This document shows positions 36,275 to 50,659 of a stretch of 64,000 nucleotides of DNA, one piece after another. The stretch lies in assembly GCF_018977255.1 (NCBI RefSeq), contig NW_024704742.1, positions 64,420,001 through 64,484,000 of the forward strand. Direction: 5' to 3'. Within the stretch, counting starts at the first letter, position 1, and every line of letters begins with the position of its first letter. The notes under the pieces were generated by a model that saw only the letters and a list, made by a program, of their open reading frames with translations, ran no database searches and was not told the origin of the DNA. The stretch comes from Callorhinchus milii (lineage: Eukaryota). A program made the position numbers and the translations under genes.

Positions 36275-36440
36275 AATACTTTGGAACATAAAATTCATCT
36301 CCTCCAAGGAGATGTGTCATCCACAACTGCCCCTAACAGATCTCAGAGTCTGTCCGCAACATCATAAATAAAATGAGGTTCAACTTGCAACTTGGAAGTA
36401 AAAAAATACTTTGGAACATAAAATTCATCTCCTCCAAGGA
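36275..36440 (+). repeat. 36-bp direct repeats flanking an ~88-bp copy of 36961-37049
   Basis: aatactttggaacataaaattcatctcctccaagga at 36275-36310 and 36405-36440; interior tgtgtcatccacaactgcccc...cttggaagtaa matches 36961-37049. Confidence 0.9.
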
Positions 36441-38899
36441 ACTTCATGTACATCACACCGACCCATGAGACGTTGGCTCCAACTCGCAATGTCCTCGGAG
36501 CCAAGATCTTGCAGTTGGTTTAACAAATATGGAGTGAGAAGCCTGCAGGAGACACACTCCATGCCCAAGGCATGGAGTTCTGTTTACGCTGTCACTTTCC
36601 AGGCAACCACGTTCTCAAACCATTGTTCTGTTTTTTGTTTGTCATGGCTTGGCACATTTTGTTAATCTCCTCTGCTGTTTAAACCCTTCTTTTAGCTTCA
36701 TTGTTTGTCCATTTAATTTATTAATTAGTTTATTTTTTTATTTGACAATATTCTAGCCTGTTCAATATTATATTGAACAAATGGTATAATTTCACAAACC
36801 TTTGAGCAAATAATTATGTATTTAATTCCCTCATTGGAGCAAAGTTCCACATTCTGCCAGAAAGGTGAGGTAGCTTGGGTTTGGGATCTCTCCCTGGGAT
36901 CAAGCTGATTGGTAATACATTTACTTCTGCAGTGGCTGAGGAAACAGTAGTGAAAGTGTCTGTGTCATCCACAACTGCCCCTAACAGATCTCAGAGTCTG
37001 TCCGCAACATCATAAATAAAATAAGGTTCAACTTGCAACTTGGAAGTAAGTCAGAAGTAAGAAGTCGCATCAACATCTGATGATGTAAAAGCAATTCATA
37101 TACAGGGTGACCAAAAGTCTTATTTTTCAGTTACCCTATTATCTAAAAAAAATTCTTCAAGGCTTATTAGACATTGTAATAGTATCACAACTTTTTGGTC
37201 ACGCTGTAGAACCTGTGACTTTCACACACCAACCCAGGTGATTTGACTCCAACCCAGGATCTCCTTATTCTTATAAAGAATACAACTGGGAATAATAGAT
37301 ATGATGTTGAAATGTTAAGGCCAGAAAGAATGGCATGCTTTGTCTGAGAATGAATCTGTGTTAGGAGTTGCAGAACACGGAAGATAAAAGGTAGAACACG
37401 CATGAGTTAGCAAGTTACTACTATAATAATAATAATAACAATCATTATCCTTGCAGTTGATCTAGAGCTTTTCACATCTTCTCGACGTCTCAAAACGTTT
37501 CACAAATATACTGTAAAGTGACTGTATATTTGTGGGTGAAACGTGGCAGCCAATTGCGCACAGCAATGTCCCACAAACAGTCTGGATTGAAAATGACCAA
37601 TTTATTATTGTTGTTTTTCTTGAGGGATTATTATCAGGCGTGTGGAGTAAGGAAACTTGCCCATGGTTTTGCTCTGCCGGGAATCAAACCCAGGCCTCTC
37701 GCTTGTGAGAATAATGCTCTAACCACTGAGCTACAGGACTCCACCAGGACTGACTGCATAGATTAAGCCTTTTTTCACTAGAAACGACATTTAAGAGGCA
37801 ACCCAGTGGAGGTGTTTAAAATTATAAAAGCGTTTCATAAGGTTAGCATAAATAAGCTGTTCTCACTTGTTGGAGAATCCATACCAGGAGACTCATGTAT
37901 AAGATAGTAACTACGTGATCTAAAAGAGTATTTAGGAACTACTTCACAGGATAGTGAGAAGGTAGTCCTAACTAAGTGGTGGTTGAAGCAGCCAGCTAAG
38001 ACGCATTTAAGAAGAAGCTAGATATTCGCATGAGGGAGAAGGGAATAGAAGGGTATGGGAGGGAGTAAGCTGGAGACCCACATGGGTCCAAATGGTCTGT
38101 TTCCGTCCTGTACAATCTATGTAGATCTAAGTAATTGTTTACCAATGGTTCATGAATAATTCTAAACACATTGGAAAAAAGTAAACTGTATTTGGCTTTT
38201 CTTAATAGGTTACTTAACCATCTGTAGGTATGTTGTAACATGTTATGACAGTACCCACAGTACAACTCTTACTTATCAGGAAGCATTGAGCTAGAAGTCA
38301 GAAGATATTAAAAAACCATGGTAGAAATATGACACCATTACTAACATTGTGCAATCATTGTCCCTTGGCTCTGGTCAATCTGTTTGTATTAGCAGAAAAT
38401 AGATAAGCCGGGTGCATCCCTCTAGGGAGAGAGTGCACAATCCATTCCAGACACAGAAATTCTCATTGCATAGGTGGCATAAATAGAACTCTCAATCTGG
38501 TCTGGATACTTCAATCATGGTGATGGGTTTCCACGTATGTACCAGACACCTGGATGACCACAACAAATAGTACATAAGCACAGTTCGACCTCCCAGTAAA
38601 AAGCTAACAATTTTAAGGTCTGAAAGGAATTGTTTTCTTATTCCTCCTCTCTGCCCTCCCCCAGTCAAACAAAAATGAGGTTTTAACTTGCAACCTGTGA
38701 GTCAGAAGTTGCATCTATATCTGATAATGTAAAAGCAATTCATATAGAACCTGTGAGACTTTCACACACCAACCCACAATCTCCTTATTCTTATAATCAC
38801 TTTTCAGGTTTACAGTCCTCCAGGGTTCTCACTGATACACAATTCGTTTCAAACGGAAATAATTTTTGAGGATTCTCACTATTCAATAACACAAGATAA

Positions 38900-40211
38900 C
38901 AATACTATAGTATTAAATCACTGATTAATGTTTTGCTGGGAATAATAGTATACATATAATACACCAGTATACAGAGATTTCTATGAATTACCTAATTCGA
39001 TAGTTGATCAAAAACATTAAAAATATGTTTTGATCATGTTTCCAGCACAGTAATACAGTTTTATGTGCTTGTTACAGCAGAACATTTTGTTTACATAAAA
39101 GATAGAAAGATGGAAAATTCTGTGTAGCTATTGTTTCCTCTGTCTACATATTTATATTGCAATGCAACAAGACCCTTGTACATTCAGCCAAATCAACTAT
39201 ATATAAATTGCAGAGATAAGATAAATTTCATCTTCATTTTGCTCTGAATTTTTTTAATGTAATTCTTTGGGTTACTGTATTTTTAACATAATAATCAGTC
39301 GTGATTTATACAATAATAACCTACAAAATAAAACAGTTAAGGGAAGAGTATATTCTACTTCTTTCAAGCCAGAGCTATAAAGAGAGATGTCAACAACTCC
39401 ACTGCAGAGTGTCATGTCTATTTATTAGTATGTTGAGCAGCATGGGATCAGACATTTTGGGAACATTCTCCTTTGAGTGAGTTGAATTCTGTACTAGTGG
39501 CTGTTGGTGCTATTCATGTTATCACTGAGATGCATCATATATAAAAGTAGAATTATGTACAATATATCATGCAACATCTAACCAAGTTATAAAAAACAGT
39601 ATAGAACCACTGAGGCACCAGGACAATCCTTCTAAAATTTAGAATGGGGTAATTTGATAGAATTACTTTTCCTTAGCAAAACATTATATATTCTAATGAA
39701 CATTAAGATACTTATTGTAATTTGATTAACCCTGTTCGAGAACATATTTCTACATGTATTTTGAAATAGGCACAGAGACCTAAATTAATAGATCCTTATA
39801 TTCACACAAGCTTCACCCACTTTACATTTTACCTTGTGTTCAATCAAAGCTATCCCATCATAATCTATTTGGGATGGATTACTATAAATACTGGATAAAA
39901 TATATTTCTAATATTTTATTTTGTTGCAGTATCTACTAGAATCTTGTACATATAATGAATACAAGATTTTTTGATTAGTCCAATATTATCTGCTTCAATT
40001 TTTAAAAGTTTATATTTTGTCCAAAAAAGGACACTTTGGATAATTTTTGTTCTATGTTTCCAATTATCGCTGGGGGTGACTAAATACAGTGTTATAATAA
40101 TTGCTGATGCTGACAATTACAGTAATTCCTATATATACATCTACATTTTCCAAAGATTAGTAGCATCACACTCTTTGTATTATTTATTTAAAATGTCTGT
40201 TTGATGCAGGT
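38900..40211 (-). other. RGS12: Probable RGS12 3' UTR
   Basis: Repeat-free AT-rich tract after the stop; minus-strand AATAAA at 39915-39920 and 39421-39426. Left end approximate. Confidence 0.5.
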
Positions 40212-40582
40212 TCAGACAAAGGTAGCTTTATGCGGAGATTCTGAGGTATTTTTCCTCTCACTCTTTACTGTGATCAGAGATGGCAAATCTGACATACGAT
40301 AAACTCCTGTGCGCATCCGTCCCTTAGAACATTTCAATTCAGAAATATATCCTTCAAAACTCAGATTTCCATCTGGCTCTTCATTTCTAACAATTGTATC
40401 TTCTAACATCACTCCATCAATGTCAATAATCTTGTTTACAGGAAGTGTTGCAACATCACACCGGAAATGGGTGGGGCTCACTGCAAAAGTTTCACAGTTT
40501 ATGCTCGTCTGTGTCTTGCCAGAATTCTGCACAAAGCGAGTAGGTGTATTCCACGAAATCTTCCTGGTTTCATTAGTTGAAC
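40212..40582 (-). CDS. RGS12: RGS12 terminal coding exon, ending in PDZ-ligand-type ...SPHKATFV*
   Basis: Phase-1 acceptor catttaaag, open to TGA at 40212-40214; C-terminal ATFV as in mammalian long RGS12; frame-compatible with the GoLoco exon. Confidence 0.85.
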
Positions 40583-43500
40583 CTTTAAATGGACAGTAAA
40601 AAGAGTTGTGTTACGGAAAATGTAATTAGTTTCTAACGTTTAGAATGTAAAAACAACAGCTTGCATTTATACAGCACCCCTCATGCAATGTAGTGTCCCA
40701 CAAAAATATTTCATTTGAAACTTTAATGAAATGTAAAAAGTTTCTAACTTTTATCCTCAATAGTATAATTTCTTTAATACCAGCATTATCAGTCAGAACT
40801 ACTGTAAATTTAAATACACCTGATAATTCAGTGAAATTTCACCAAAACATCCTAATCTTAAGAGACCGCTCGCTCCTAGTATTTGGAAATTGAAATCATG
40901 GTCAACATGCAATTCATTATATAAGTGCTGTGAATAACTGGATGCATTTTCTTCTGAGTTCAAAATACTGCTTATTATAATTTGTACATTGTATAGGGAC
41001 GACCATAAATTAAATAACAGCAACAAATTACATTTGTAAAGCGCCCTTCACGTCGGGAGGACACTCCAAGGCACTGGACAGTCAGGAATTCTTCATTGCT
41101 TTAATCATACACTTTCTAAATCACTGCTTTCAGAAAGACTAACATTATCAAAATCATTAACATCTTACGATGAAATTCTCTTACTGCTTTTTGTAGCAGT
41201 TAGCTGGCACATATAGGTTAAAAAAAAAGAAAATAAAAACGCAAGAATTCAGATTCACAAGACTCAATACTAGTCGCCACTAAAGGCCACTAAATAATAA
41301 TAATAATAATAATAATAATCGTTGCATTTGATATAGCGCTTTTCACGTCGGGAGGACGTCCCAAAGCGCTTCACAGAACACACTGTAAAGTGAATTGACT
41401 GTATATTTGTGGGCGAACGCGGCAGCCAATTGCGCACAGCAATGTCCCACAAACAGTCGTAGATTGAAAATGACCAATTTATTATTGTTTTTGGTTTTGG
41501 AGGGATTATCATTAGGCTCTGTGTGGAGTAAGGAAACTTGCAAGCAGGGTCCATGGCATCTCATTGTTAGATAATTGTCCTTTATTTCTGTAGCTCAGGT
41601 TAGAGCAGACTCTGCGAAATGGTGGGCAAGTTTCCTTACTCCACACGCCTCTGTTTACCTGCAGTAAATAGGAACTCGGTTGTCAATCGAATGGCGGATC
41701 GCTTTTCCGGGGTTAATAATTCTTTCAAAAAAAATAATAAATTGGTCACTTCAATCACCAACTGCTGTGCACAATTGGCTGCCGGGTTTCGCCCACAAAA
41801 TATACAGTCAATTCACTTTACAGTATATTCTGTGAAACGCTTTGTGATGCCTCAAAGATGTGATAAGCCGCTATATCAAATGTAAGGATTATTATTACTA
41901 CAGTATTAGTATTAAAGAAATATATCTTTCCCACATCTTTTCTTCCCAGAAAAGCTCTGGTTAACCTCCCAAGCAAGTTCCTAACAGGAAGAGTAATTCT
42001 AATAAAACAAGCAGTGAAAAGCTTGATATATTAGTAATCAAATCAGAGATTTCCTTACTCACAGTTGAAGGACAGTGGAACTCATTTCCATCATTGCAAA
42101 ATTGGTGGGAATGTTTAAGAGGTAAGCAGCTAAACACTTAAAAAAATAATAATCCTATTAATCCTTGCATTTAGTATAGCATATTTCAGGTCAGGAGGGC
42201 ATCCTAAAGCACTTCACAGGACACACTGTGAGGCAAAGTGACTGTGTGTTTTCTGGGCGAACACAGCAGCCAAAGTTGCACACAGCAATATCCCACCAAC
42301 AGCCATGGAGTTATTGGCCAATATTTATTTGAGGGATTGTCGGCCGGAACACTTGAACAGGCAGACGGGGACTCGGTTTAATATCTCATTTGAACAACAT
42401 AGCATAACCCCAGCACTGCATTGGAGTATCAGCTTAGACTATATGAGTTCCAAGACGTGGCACTTGAATCTCCTGACTCAGAAGCCAGAGTGGTACTAAC
42501 TGACCTGTACTGACACACCAACAATATTAAGACCGTTTGAGGGTAAGGAAAGGCAAATGCTACTGAGACGCCGTCCGGCGTAGAGGGTGCTATATAAATC
42601 CAAGTTGTTGTTGTTGAGTTACACATTGGCCATAATCTAAGAAATGGCGGAGCAGAGTTGACGGGCTGAATCGTGCACAGCAGTGTCCCACAACCAGTTA
42701 TGGAGTGAGTGAACAATTTTATTTGGGGAATTGTTAGCCAGGACACCCAGAGGGAGAAACTCCCTTCTATTTTCGAATGGCAATCAATCATGGCAATTTC
42801 CTCCATAATCTATGCAAAACTACCTTAACATGGACTTCGTACAGCCCACAAAACTCTGCACAGAATTCCTGAATTCTAATGTCCGTCAAGAAAAAAAGCC
42901 TCAGCCAAACCACCATGTCCCATTATTCAAAGCTCACCTACATCTCTCCAAATGCTAGGTTGCCTTCCTCCAATAGCCTCTAATTCTGCGCCCAGCATGT
43001 CAAATGGTCTTCTTGAACCTTTCCTTATTTATTTCTCTCAGTTTATAACACGCTTGTTTGAAGACTGAGGGAGAACACTGGCAATGCAGTCAGTAGGATA
43101 TCCTCAATAAAACCAGTGATTAAAATTACTTTAGCACAATTCTGATCCCAGCAGTAAGAAATAGGTTTCCTGCAGATGCCAAACAGGATCCAGTGTTCCA
43201 TCGGTTGGAGGTTACGTTATGGAACACTGAGTTGCTGACGATGATAATATATCTGCTTGCATCTTCCAGTATAGATTGGCCAAGCAGCTAAAAGTAACTG
43301 AATTTTAATTTTTTAAAAATGGCAGTTGACATCTTTCCCAGCTATTAATAGGGTCTAATAATCCCCTCCCCCACCGTCTTCAGCACCGCTTGGGTGCCCA
43401 GCTAGCTGAGTAAAGCTCTTTGAGATGTCCTCCCTACATAAAAAGGAATTATAAATCATATTGTATTATGAACCAGGTGTAAACATGTGCAGACAGTCAG

Positions 43501-46500
43501 ACAGTCCAAAGTAGTTACATTTGCAGACATCACCAAATTAGGGGGAACTGTGAATTCAGAAAGCAACCAAGATCTTGCTACTAATTGAGTATGAACCCGG
43601 CATCTGAGATATTGGATCCAGACCGCCATGCTATTACCCTGTATTGCGAAGATTAACGGTAATAATACAGTTTTGCGGAAACTCCACCATTTATATCTCT
43701 CTATTCTAGGAAACATCCATTTAGCCCTTCTCTCTGATTTGTGTCCTTTCTATCCATGCTACCATGTTCATACTTATTTTTTTTCAACAACAACAAATTG
43801 CATTTATATAGAGCCTTTCACGTCTATATAGTACCTTATGTGGGCCTTCTGGAGATTTATATACACAACCACTATATGTCCTTCAATAGTACACTCAGAT
43901 ACTTTCTCAAAGAACTCTATTAAATTTGTGAAGCAAGACTTCCCTTTTACAAATCCATGTTGGCTGTAATAATAATGCTTACATTTGTTATAGCGCCTTA
44001 TCAGGTCGTCGAGATTTCTCAAATCATTTCACAGGATATACTGTAAAGTTGTGTGGCTGTGTGTATTTTTGTGGGTGAACACAGCAGTCAATTTGCGCAC
44101 AGCAATGTCCCACAAACAGACATGGTGTTTGGATGACCAATTTTATTTGGGGGATTGTTGGCCAGGACACCGGGAGAATCTCCTTTCTCTTTTCGAATAG
44201 TGAAATGGGATTTTTAACATCCACCTCAAGAGGCAGATGCAACATCCATTTAACATCTCATCCGAACGATGGCACCACCAACAATGTAGCACACTACATG
44301 GAACTTGAAACCATAACCTGACTCAGAGGCGAGCATGCTATCAACTAACCAAAGCTGTCATTAATCAATCCTCTCCAAGTCACTGTCAATAGGCACGTAT
44401 TTAGGAATGTAAAGGATTACTGTATTACAACGACACTTAAAACATATATTCAATAGCTACCTTTCAATAACTTACCAAAATTAGTGACATTAATCACATA
44501 GACATTGGAAGTATATTTAGCCTAAAAATATATTAAAATCAATGTATTTAAATATGAAGTGAAAGATACAATTCAGAAATATATTTTGCTCTTGTTGATT
44601 AAAAGTGACATGAATGAATTTTTGGTGAGCTGCTTGTCACATTCCTGCCAACTGAGTGTTGTCATTCCCTGCTTCCCCGTGAAGCACAAAATCAGTCTAT
44701 CATTTCATGGATGTTTGTGGAACATTGCTGTGCGCTACACCAAATGCAAGGATTACTATTAATTTGGAAGCTCGTTTTCTGTAATTCCTATAATAACTTG
44801 TGGAAAAAAGCTTAATAATTAGACAATATATAAACTAGCTAAATTTTACATGCTCTGATTTTTTTGCTTAAAGGCCTAATTTAGAACGAGATGGAATTTC
44901 TGCCTCACACTTTCAATGCTGCACCACCAACCCTCTCAACAAAAACAACTTGCATTTATATAGCACCCTTCACGCAGGGTAGCATCCCAGAGTGCTCTCA
45001 AATACAACCCCCATCTTGGGTGCAAAATCCTCAACTGTCCAGCACCTTGGGATATCTTCCGGACGTAATTGGTACTAAATAAATGCATACTCTGTGGTCC
45101 AACAGAGTATGGGGCTTTTAACTCTTGTTGCAGAGTAAATTACCAGTATAATAATAATAATCCTTACATTTGATATAGCGCCTTATCGAGTCTTTGCGAT
45201 GTCTCAAAGCACATCACAGAATATGCTGTAGAGTGACTTAACTGTATATTTTGTGGGCAAAACGCGCAGCCAACTGCAGTTGGACTGAGTGACCAAATTA
45301 TTATTATCATTCTTTTTTTTATATATACAGTACCCCTCACACAGGGTAGCATAATGTTTTTGGATTGATGTCATATGTGGTGGCAATCCTAAAATGTAGA
45401 AGTTTATGCTTATTAGTAATTGACTTATCTGATTCCCCCAATTTTTTGGATAAAGCACTCTGATCTTATCAAGAAACTAACCTATTTTAGCTGAGGCAAT
45501 GAGATCAATAGGTTACTTGATCAATATGTTTCTAGGAGTCCTGTAGCTCAGTGGTTAGAGCATTCCCCTCACAAGTAAGAGACCTGGGTTCGATTCCTGG
45601 CAGGGCAAAAACTTAGGCAACTTTCCTTACTTTACAAGCCTGATAATAATCCCCTCAAAAAGAAGAAAAAATAATTTGGTCACTTCAATCCACGACTGTT
45701 CATGGAACACTGTTGTGCGCAATTGGCTGCCGCATTTCACCCACAAAATATAGTCAATTCACTTTACAGTATATTCTGTAAAGCGCTTTGAGACGTCTAG
45801 ATAATGTGAAAAGCGCTATATCAAATGCAAGGAATATTATTATTATTACTTCAGGTCATTGTAGATGAGTCTTCCTGTTTATATTACAATACCTGCGCAA
45901 GAGTTCATCGGGAAAGCGTGTTTGGCCGCATGATTAGTTTCACATTACTGTTAGTTTCAAGTTACTATTTTTAGGCCAATCAATGATCTAAAAAGTGATG
46001 ATCTCTTTGCTGATCCCCTCTCTTCATAGAGTAGTTAATTCCTCAGCTGAAAGTCAAGCAGGAACTGAATCATTGCAGAGCAGGACATTACTCCGAGGAA
46101 TATAGCATGTATCATGGACAAAACCAAGACAAAAACTTCTGAGAAAGATGTTGGCTGTACACTTCATAGTGAAAAATCTAAATAGCTTGGTCAGCATTGC
46201 TCTTCCACCCGGACTGACAGCAACTCAGTGTTCTATAAAGTGTCCTCCAAGTGATAGAACACTGCGATCCTTTTTTTTGTCACTGCAGAGAAATACATTT
46301 CTTATTGCTGAAGTCAGTATTGTTCTAAGTCATGTTCAACAACAACTTGCATTTATACAGCGTCCCGGAGCACTTACCATAACTTACTGCATGACAGAGT
46401 TCTCCCTCTTCAACATTGAAACTCTGCGGCTACACACTCCAACCTCTGTAAGTTTATGGCTGGAATCTGGAGTTACCGAGTATCTGATTGCTGTAGCACC

Positions 46501-47659
46501 ACTTTATAATTTTGTCACTTCAAATGTGTGTTCAAATGTGAAACGTTCTGCTCTGATTGCACTGTCTCTGAAGCATTGTTGCAGATAACATTATTACCTG
46601 GTATTATAGCATTATATCTATTGTATATAGCATTTAAATGTAGATTTATCACTTGAGCCAGGGTTGCTGCAGCATTGAAAGTGAGGAGCATTCTTTTAAA
46701 AAGCCTGGTTTAGAACAAGAAGCTTTTTTAAAAAGTTTCAGAGCATTAAAATGTAGCTAATTTTTATATTGTCCAATATTGAAGCTGTTTTTCCACAGGT
46801 TATTTTAGGAACTACAGAAAACTGGGCCGGGTGGGGGGAAGATGACCAAATGTACGGTCAAAGAGGAAGGTCCTCAGACGGACCTTGAAGAAGGCACAAT
46901 AATGAGACTAAAGCCAGGTAATGTGTAAAGAAACATCCTGTCTGCTTGAGATGGCAAGCAAGGAGGTTTCTACGACAAAAGGAATTCTGACTTCCTGTAA
47001 GTTTGGGGCAGGACATTAAAAATTCAAAACAGTTTTGTTAATAAAAATAATAAAGGTAAAATGAAGAATCGTAAGCAAATCAATAAAATAAATCACAGAG
47101 CCAAGATGTCAACAAAACTAAAAGTAGCCAGACACCATGCAAGACAATCTGCCGCTCTATGCAAAACTGCAGCGTGTCAATAGCTTATAAGAGATGAATT
47201 TACCTTAAAAGGCCTGTGACATTAGCACACAGCACTCACTGCAGCCGCGCCCATCTCAATTTCACCAGTCAAGCATTCAAAAAAAATTGCTTCTCCCACA
47301 AATCTACTGCCGAAGCAGTCTCTGCTCCAGGCAGCTGCCTAGTTTGTCTATAGCTAGAGCAGCCCCTATAAGCAGCTGCAATATTAATTAAACTGATATA
47401 ACAATGCACAGTAATATTTTTTAATATTATATTGTTAGTATTACGATCAGTAGGATGGCTGTTCTGGAGGGAAGAGATACGATGGGCCAAAGGGCCTTAT
47501 TCATCCAGACCAATCTTGTAAACCAGGTACAACAACAACAACAAGATTACAGCGCCTTTCACATCAGGCGGACGTCCCAAGGCACTGAACAGAGTACAAC
47601 ATTTCACTAAGCATAAAATAAACTAGCGATTAAAATATGTGAAGGTTAATACTCCAAGT

Positions 47660-48730
47660 TAACAACAACAACTTGCCTTTATATAGCACTCTTCACGCAG
47701 GGTAGCGTCCCAGAGCGCTTGACAGTGGCAGAGTCTGACCCCGAGAGAGGTGGAGAAGGAGGTGACCGTAAGCACGATCTTTAGGTGAAAGACAGAAGGT
47801 CTTTAGGCAGGATTTGAAAGTTGGGAGGAAGAAGGCAAGGCGGATGGATTGAGGGAGAGAGTTCCATAGTTTTGGGGTGTAGTGGCTAAAGGCACGGCCA
47901 CCGATAGAGGAAGGGACGAGGGACAGCCGATCGGAGGCAGCGGGTGGGGGAGTGGGGGCAGCAGGTGGTGGAGTGGTGGGGTAAGCACGTCAGATATGTA
48001 GAGAGGTGTGAGGGCATAAAGGAATTTGAAAACGAGTGAGAGGATCTTGAAATCAATCCATTCAGTAATTGGGAGCCAGTGGAGCCTGGCTAGTGTCATG
48101 AGGGTACGGAGATTTGTGCGGCTGAGAATCCAGGCAGTGGAGTTTTGAATTAGTTGTGTTTTGTGTATTGTGGAGTTGGGGAGACCAGTCAAGAGGGCAC
48201 TGGAATAATCCAGCCGGAAAGTGCTGAAGGCTTGGACAAGGGATTTGGCTCGTTGGTTGTGAGGTACGGGCAGTGATGGGCAATGTGACGGAGGTGGGAA
48301 AAAACATTCCTGATCAGGGAACAGATGTGGGGTAGAAAGAAAGGAAAGGTGGGGATCGAACCCAACACCTAAGTTGGGCAGAGGTTCAGTAAGTCTGAGG
48401 GAGAGCCCGGGAAGGTTAAGGAGCTCAGACCCGCAGGAGAGAAAACCTTGATGGGTACCAATGAGTATGGCTTCCATCTTCCCAACATTCAGCTGCAGGA
48501 AATTTGTGGTCATCCAGGCCTTAATGTCCGTCAAACAAGCTGACAGGACATCAGTGGACTGGGAGTCGCAGCTGGAAGAGAAGTAGATTTGAGTGTCATC
48601 CTCCTAAATGTGGAAGTTGACCCGATGTCTGTGGATGACATCACCGAGAGGGAGCATGTAGATAAGGAACAGAAAGGGGCCAAGGATGGAGCCTTGGGGT
48701 ACCCTATAGGTGACTGGGTGGGGCAGGAAG
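47660..48730 (-). mobile_element. L2 RT C-terminal fragment with tail
   Basis: DIKAWMTTNFLQLNVGKME, RLDYSSALL, LHWLPITEWIDFK. Confidence 0.88.
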
Positions 48731-50659
48731 TTAACATTGTCACGTATTATCAATGTAAGCAGAGAAAAAATACTTCAATTAAGGAGGGATATGTCAATAA
48801 TAATAATCCTTGCATTTGATACAGCGCTTTTCACGTCTTCTCGACGTCCCAAAGCGTTTCACGGAATATACTGTAAAGTGAATTGACTGTATATTTGTGG
48901 GCAAACGCAGCAGCCAATTGCGCACAGCAATGTCCCACAAACAGTGGTAGATTGAAAATGACCAATTTATTATTGTTTTTTGTTTTTGGAGGGATTATTA
49001 TTAGGAGTGTGGAGTAAGGAAACTTGCCCAAGGTTTCACGCTGCCTGGAATTGAACTCAGGTCTCTTGCTTGCAAAGCGAATGCTCTAACCACTGAGCTA
49101 CAGGACTCCACAATATGGAGTGAAGGCGCCTTTATATGCATCAGAGTTTCTTCTTCCTGCATCATGAGATTCTGTCAGATCCGATGAGTGTTGGGATAAG
49201 TCCACTTGTGATGGCTGAGTCCTGCTAGCTGACTATCCTTATTTGGGGTTCAAATTGTGGTCTGGTGTCACCAGGCATATTTGGAGTGAAGGGGGGTGGG
49301 GAGAGGGGGGTGCGGGAGAAATGGAATAGCGGTTGTATGCCTGAAGATAATCTCAGGCCTTCACTTTTGAGAGGAATGGAGCTAGGATATCACTTTCCAG
49401 TATTTTTAGCCGTGCCATATACAACATATTATATTTTATACCCACCTTTCTTAGGGCTCCTTTGACATTATTCAAAATGTGGTCTGGAGAGCTCAAGATA
49501 GAGGTTACAAACATGCAAATATTATTATTGTTCCAGAATGTCAAGCATATTTTTGATCATTTCACCAGCCATGATTATCAAGATTTCCAATTTTAGTGGC
49601 CAATTCCTGCTTTTCGTTGTGTAACCCGCGAGTAAAGATTTTGGAGATGTGGGCATGCTTTTCTATAAAGTGGCTCTCCAGAGAAGATCTTTTGTTGGTA
49701 CCTTCCAGGCACAAGACATATTTTCGGAAGGTTTGATCAGTGGTTTCTGATGCATTAGCCAAGTAATAATAATATTGCATTTCGTATGTTGTGGGCCTGT
49801 GGGGAGATCCAAGTCATCAATAGGATATGGCTGAATACTTCTTGAGAATGGAGACAGATGGTCAGTTTTCCCTGCAATGGTCTCCCCTGGGGAGATGGTC
49901 ATGGCACTCACTGGCTGTTGCAAGCAATTAGTCTGGGAAGTATTGGCGCTATCCTGTATTGCTGGGAGTTGATGTTGCAATTAATATTTGTTAATAGATA
50001 GAAAATGGTGCCAATTTAGAAATGAAAGGAACATTTAAAATTCACCTGGTGCCAAGTGACTTATTGGTGAACAATCAATTTGTTAAAAAGCATAGAATTC
50101 ATCCATGTGATTGTTGGAGTTTGGGGATCAATAAAACTAACTTTCTTTTTGTGCCATAAACTTCTTTAAACAAACAATTATGGATTGAGTGATCAATATA
50201 ATATATTTATTACCCCCAGTAAAGTGATCCACCAATCGACTAACAACCAGGTTCCTACTTGCTGCTAGGCAAACAGGCGTGTGGAGTAAGGAAACTTGCC
50301 TAATGCTGCCGCTGCCGATGCCCTGCCTGGAAATTGAACCCAGGTCTCTCACTTGTGAGGCAAGTGCTCTAACCACTAAGCCAGAGGATTCTATAGGTAA
50401 GTCATCCAAGAATCTAATTTTTCTCAATCTCATTCAATGTTCTGTTTCAGATCAAAGGCAGATTCAAGACAAACTACACAAGTCATAACATACGTTCTCT
50501 ACATGATTCATCTTATCCTAGGATGACATAGCAAACCTGTATCCTGCTTTGTGGTCGTGTACATCAGTTGATAAGGTTTCAAATAAACCCTTTTCTGATC
50601 TGAGACCATCCATAATTCCTATACTTCTATCTGGGCTATTTTGTGTTTAAAATGTGGTA

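Noticed and set aside
37185..37403. ORF starting MRVLPFIFRVLQLL as signal-peptide exon
   Set aside because: No suitably placed splice donor; overlaps locally duplicated non-coding sequence.
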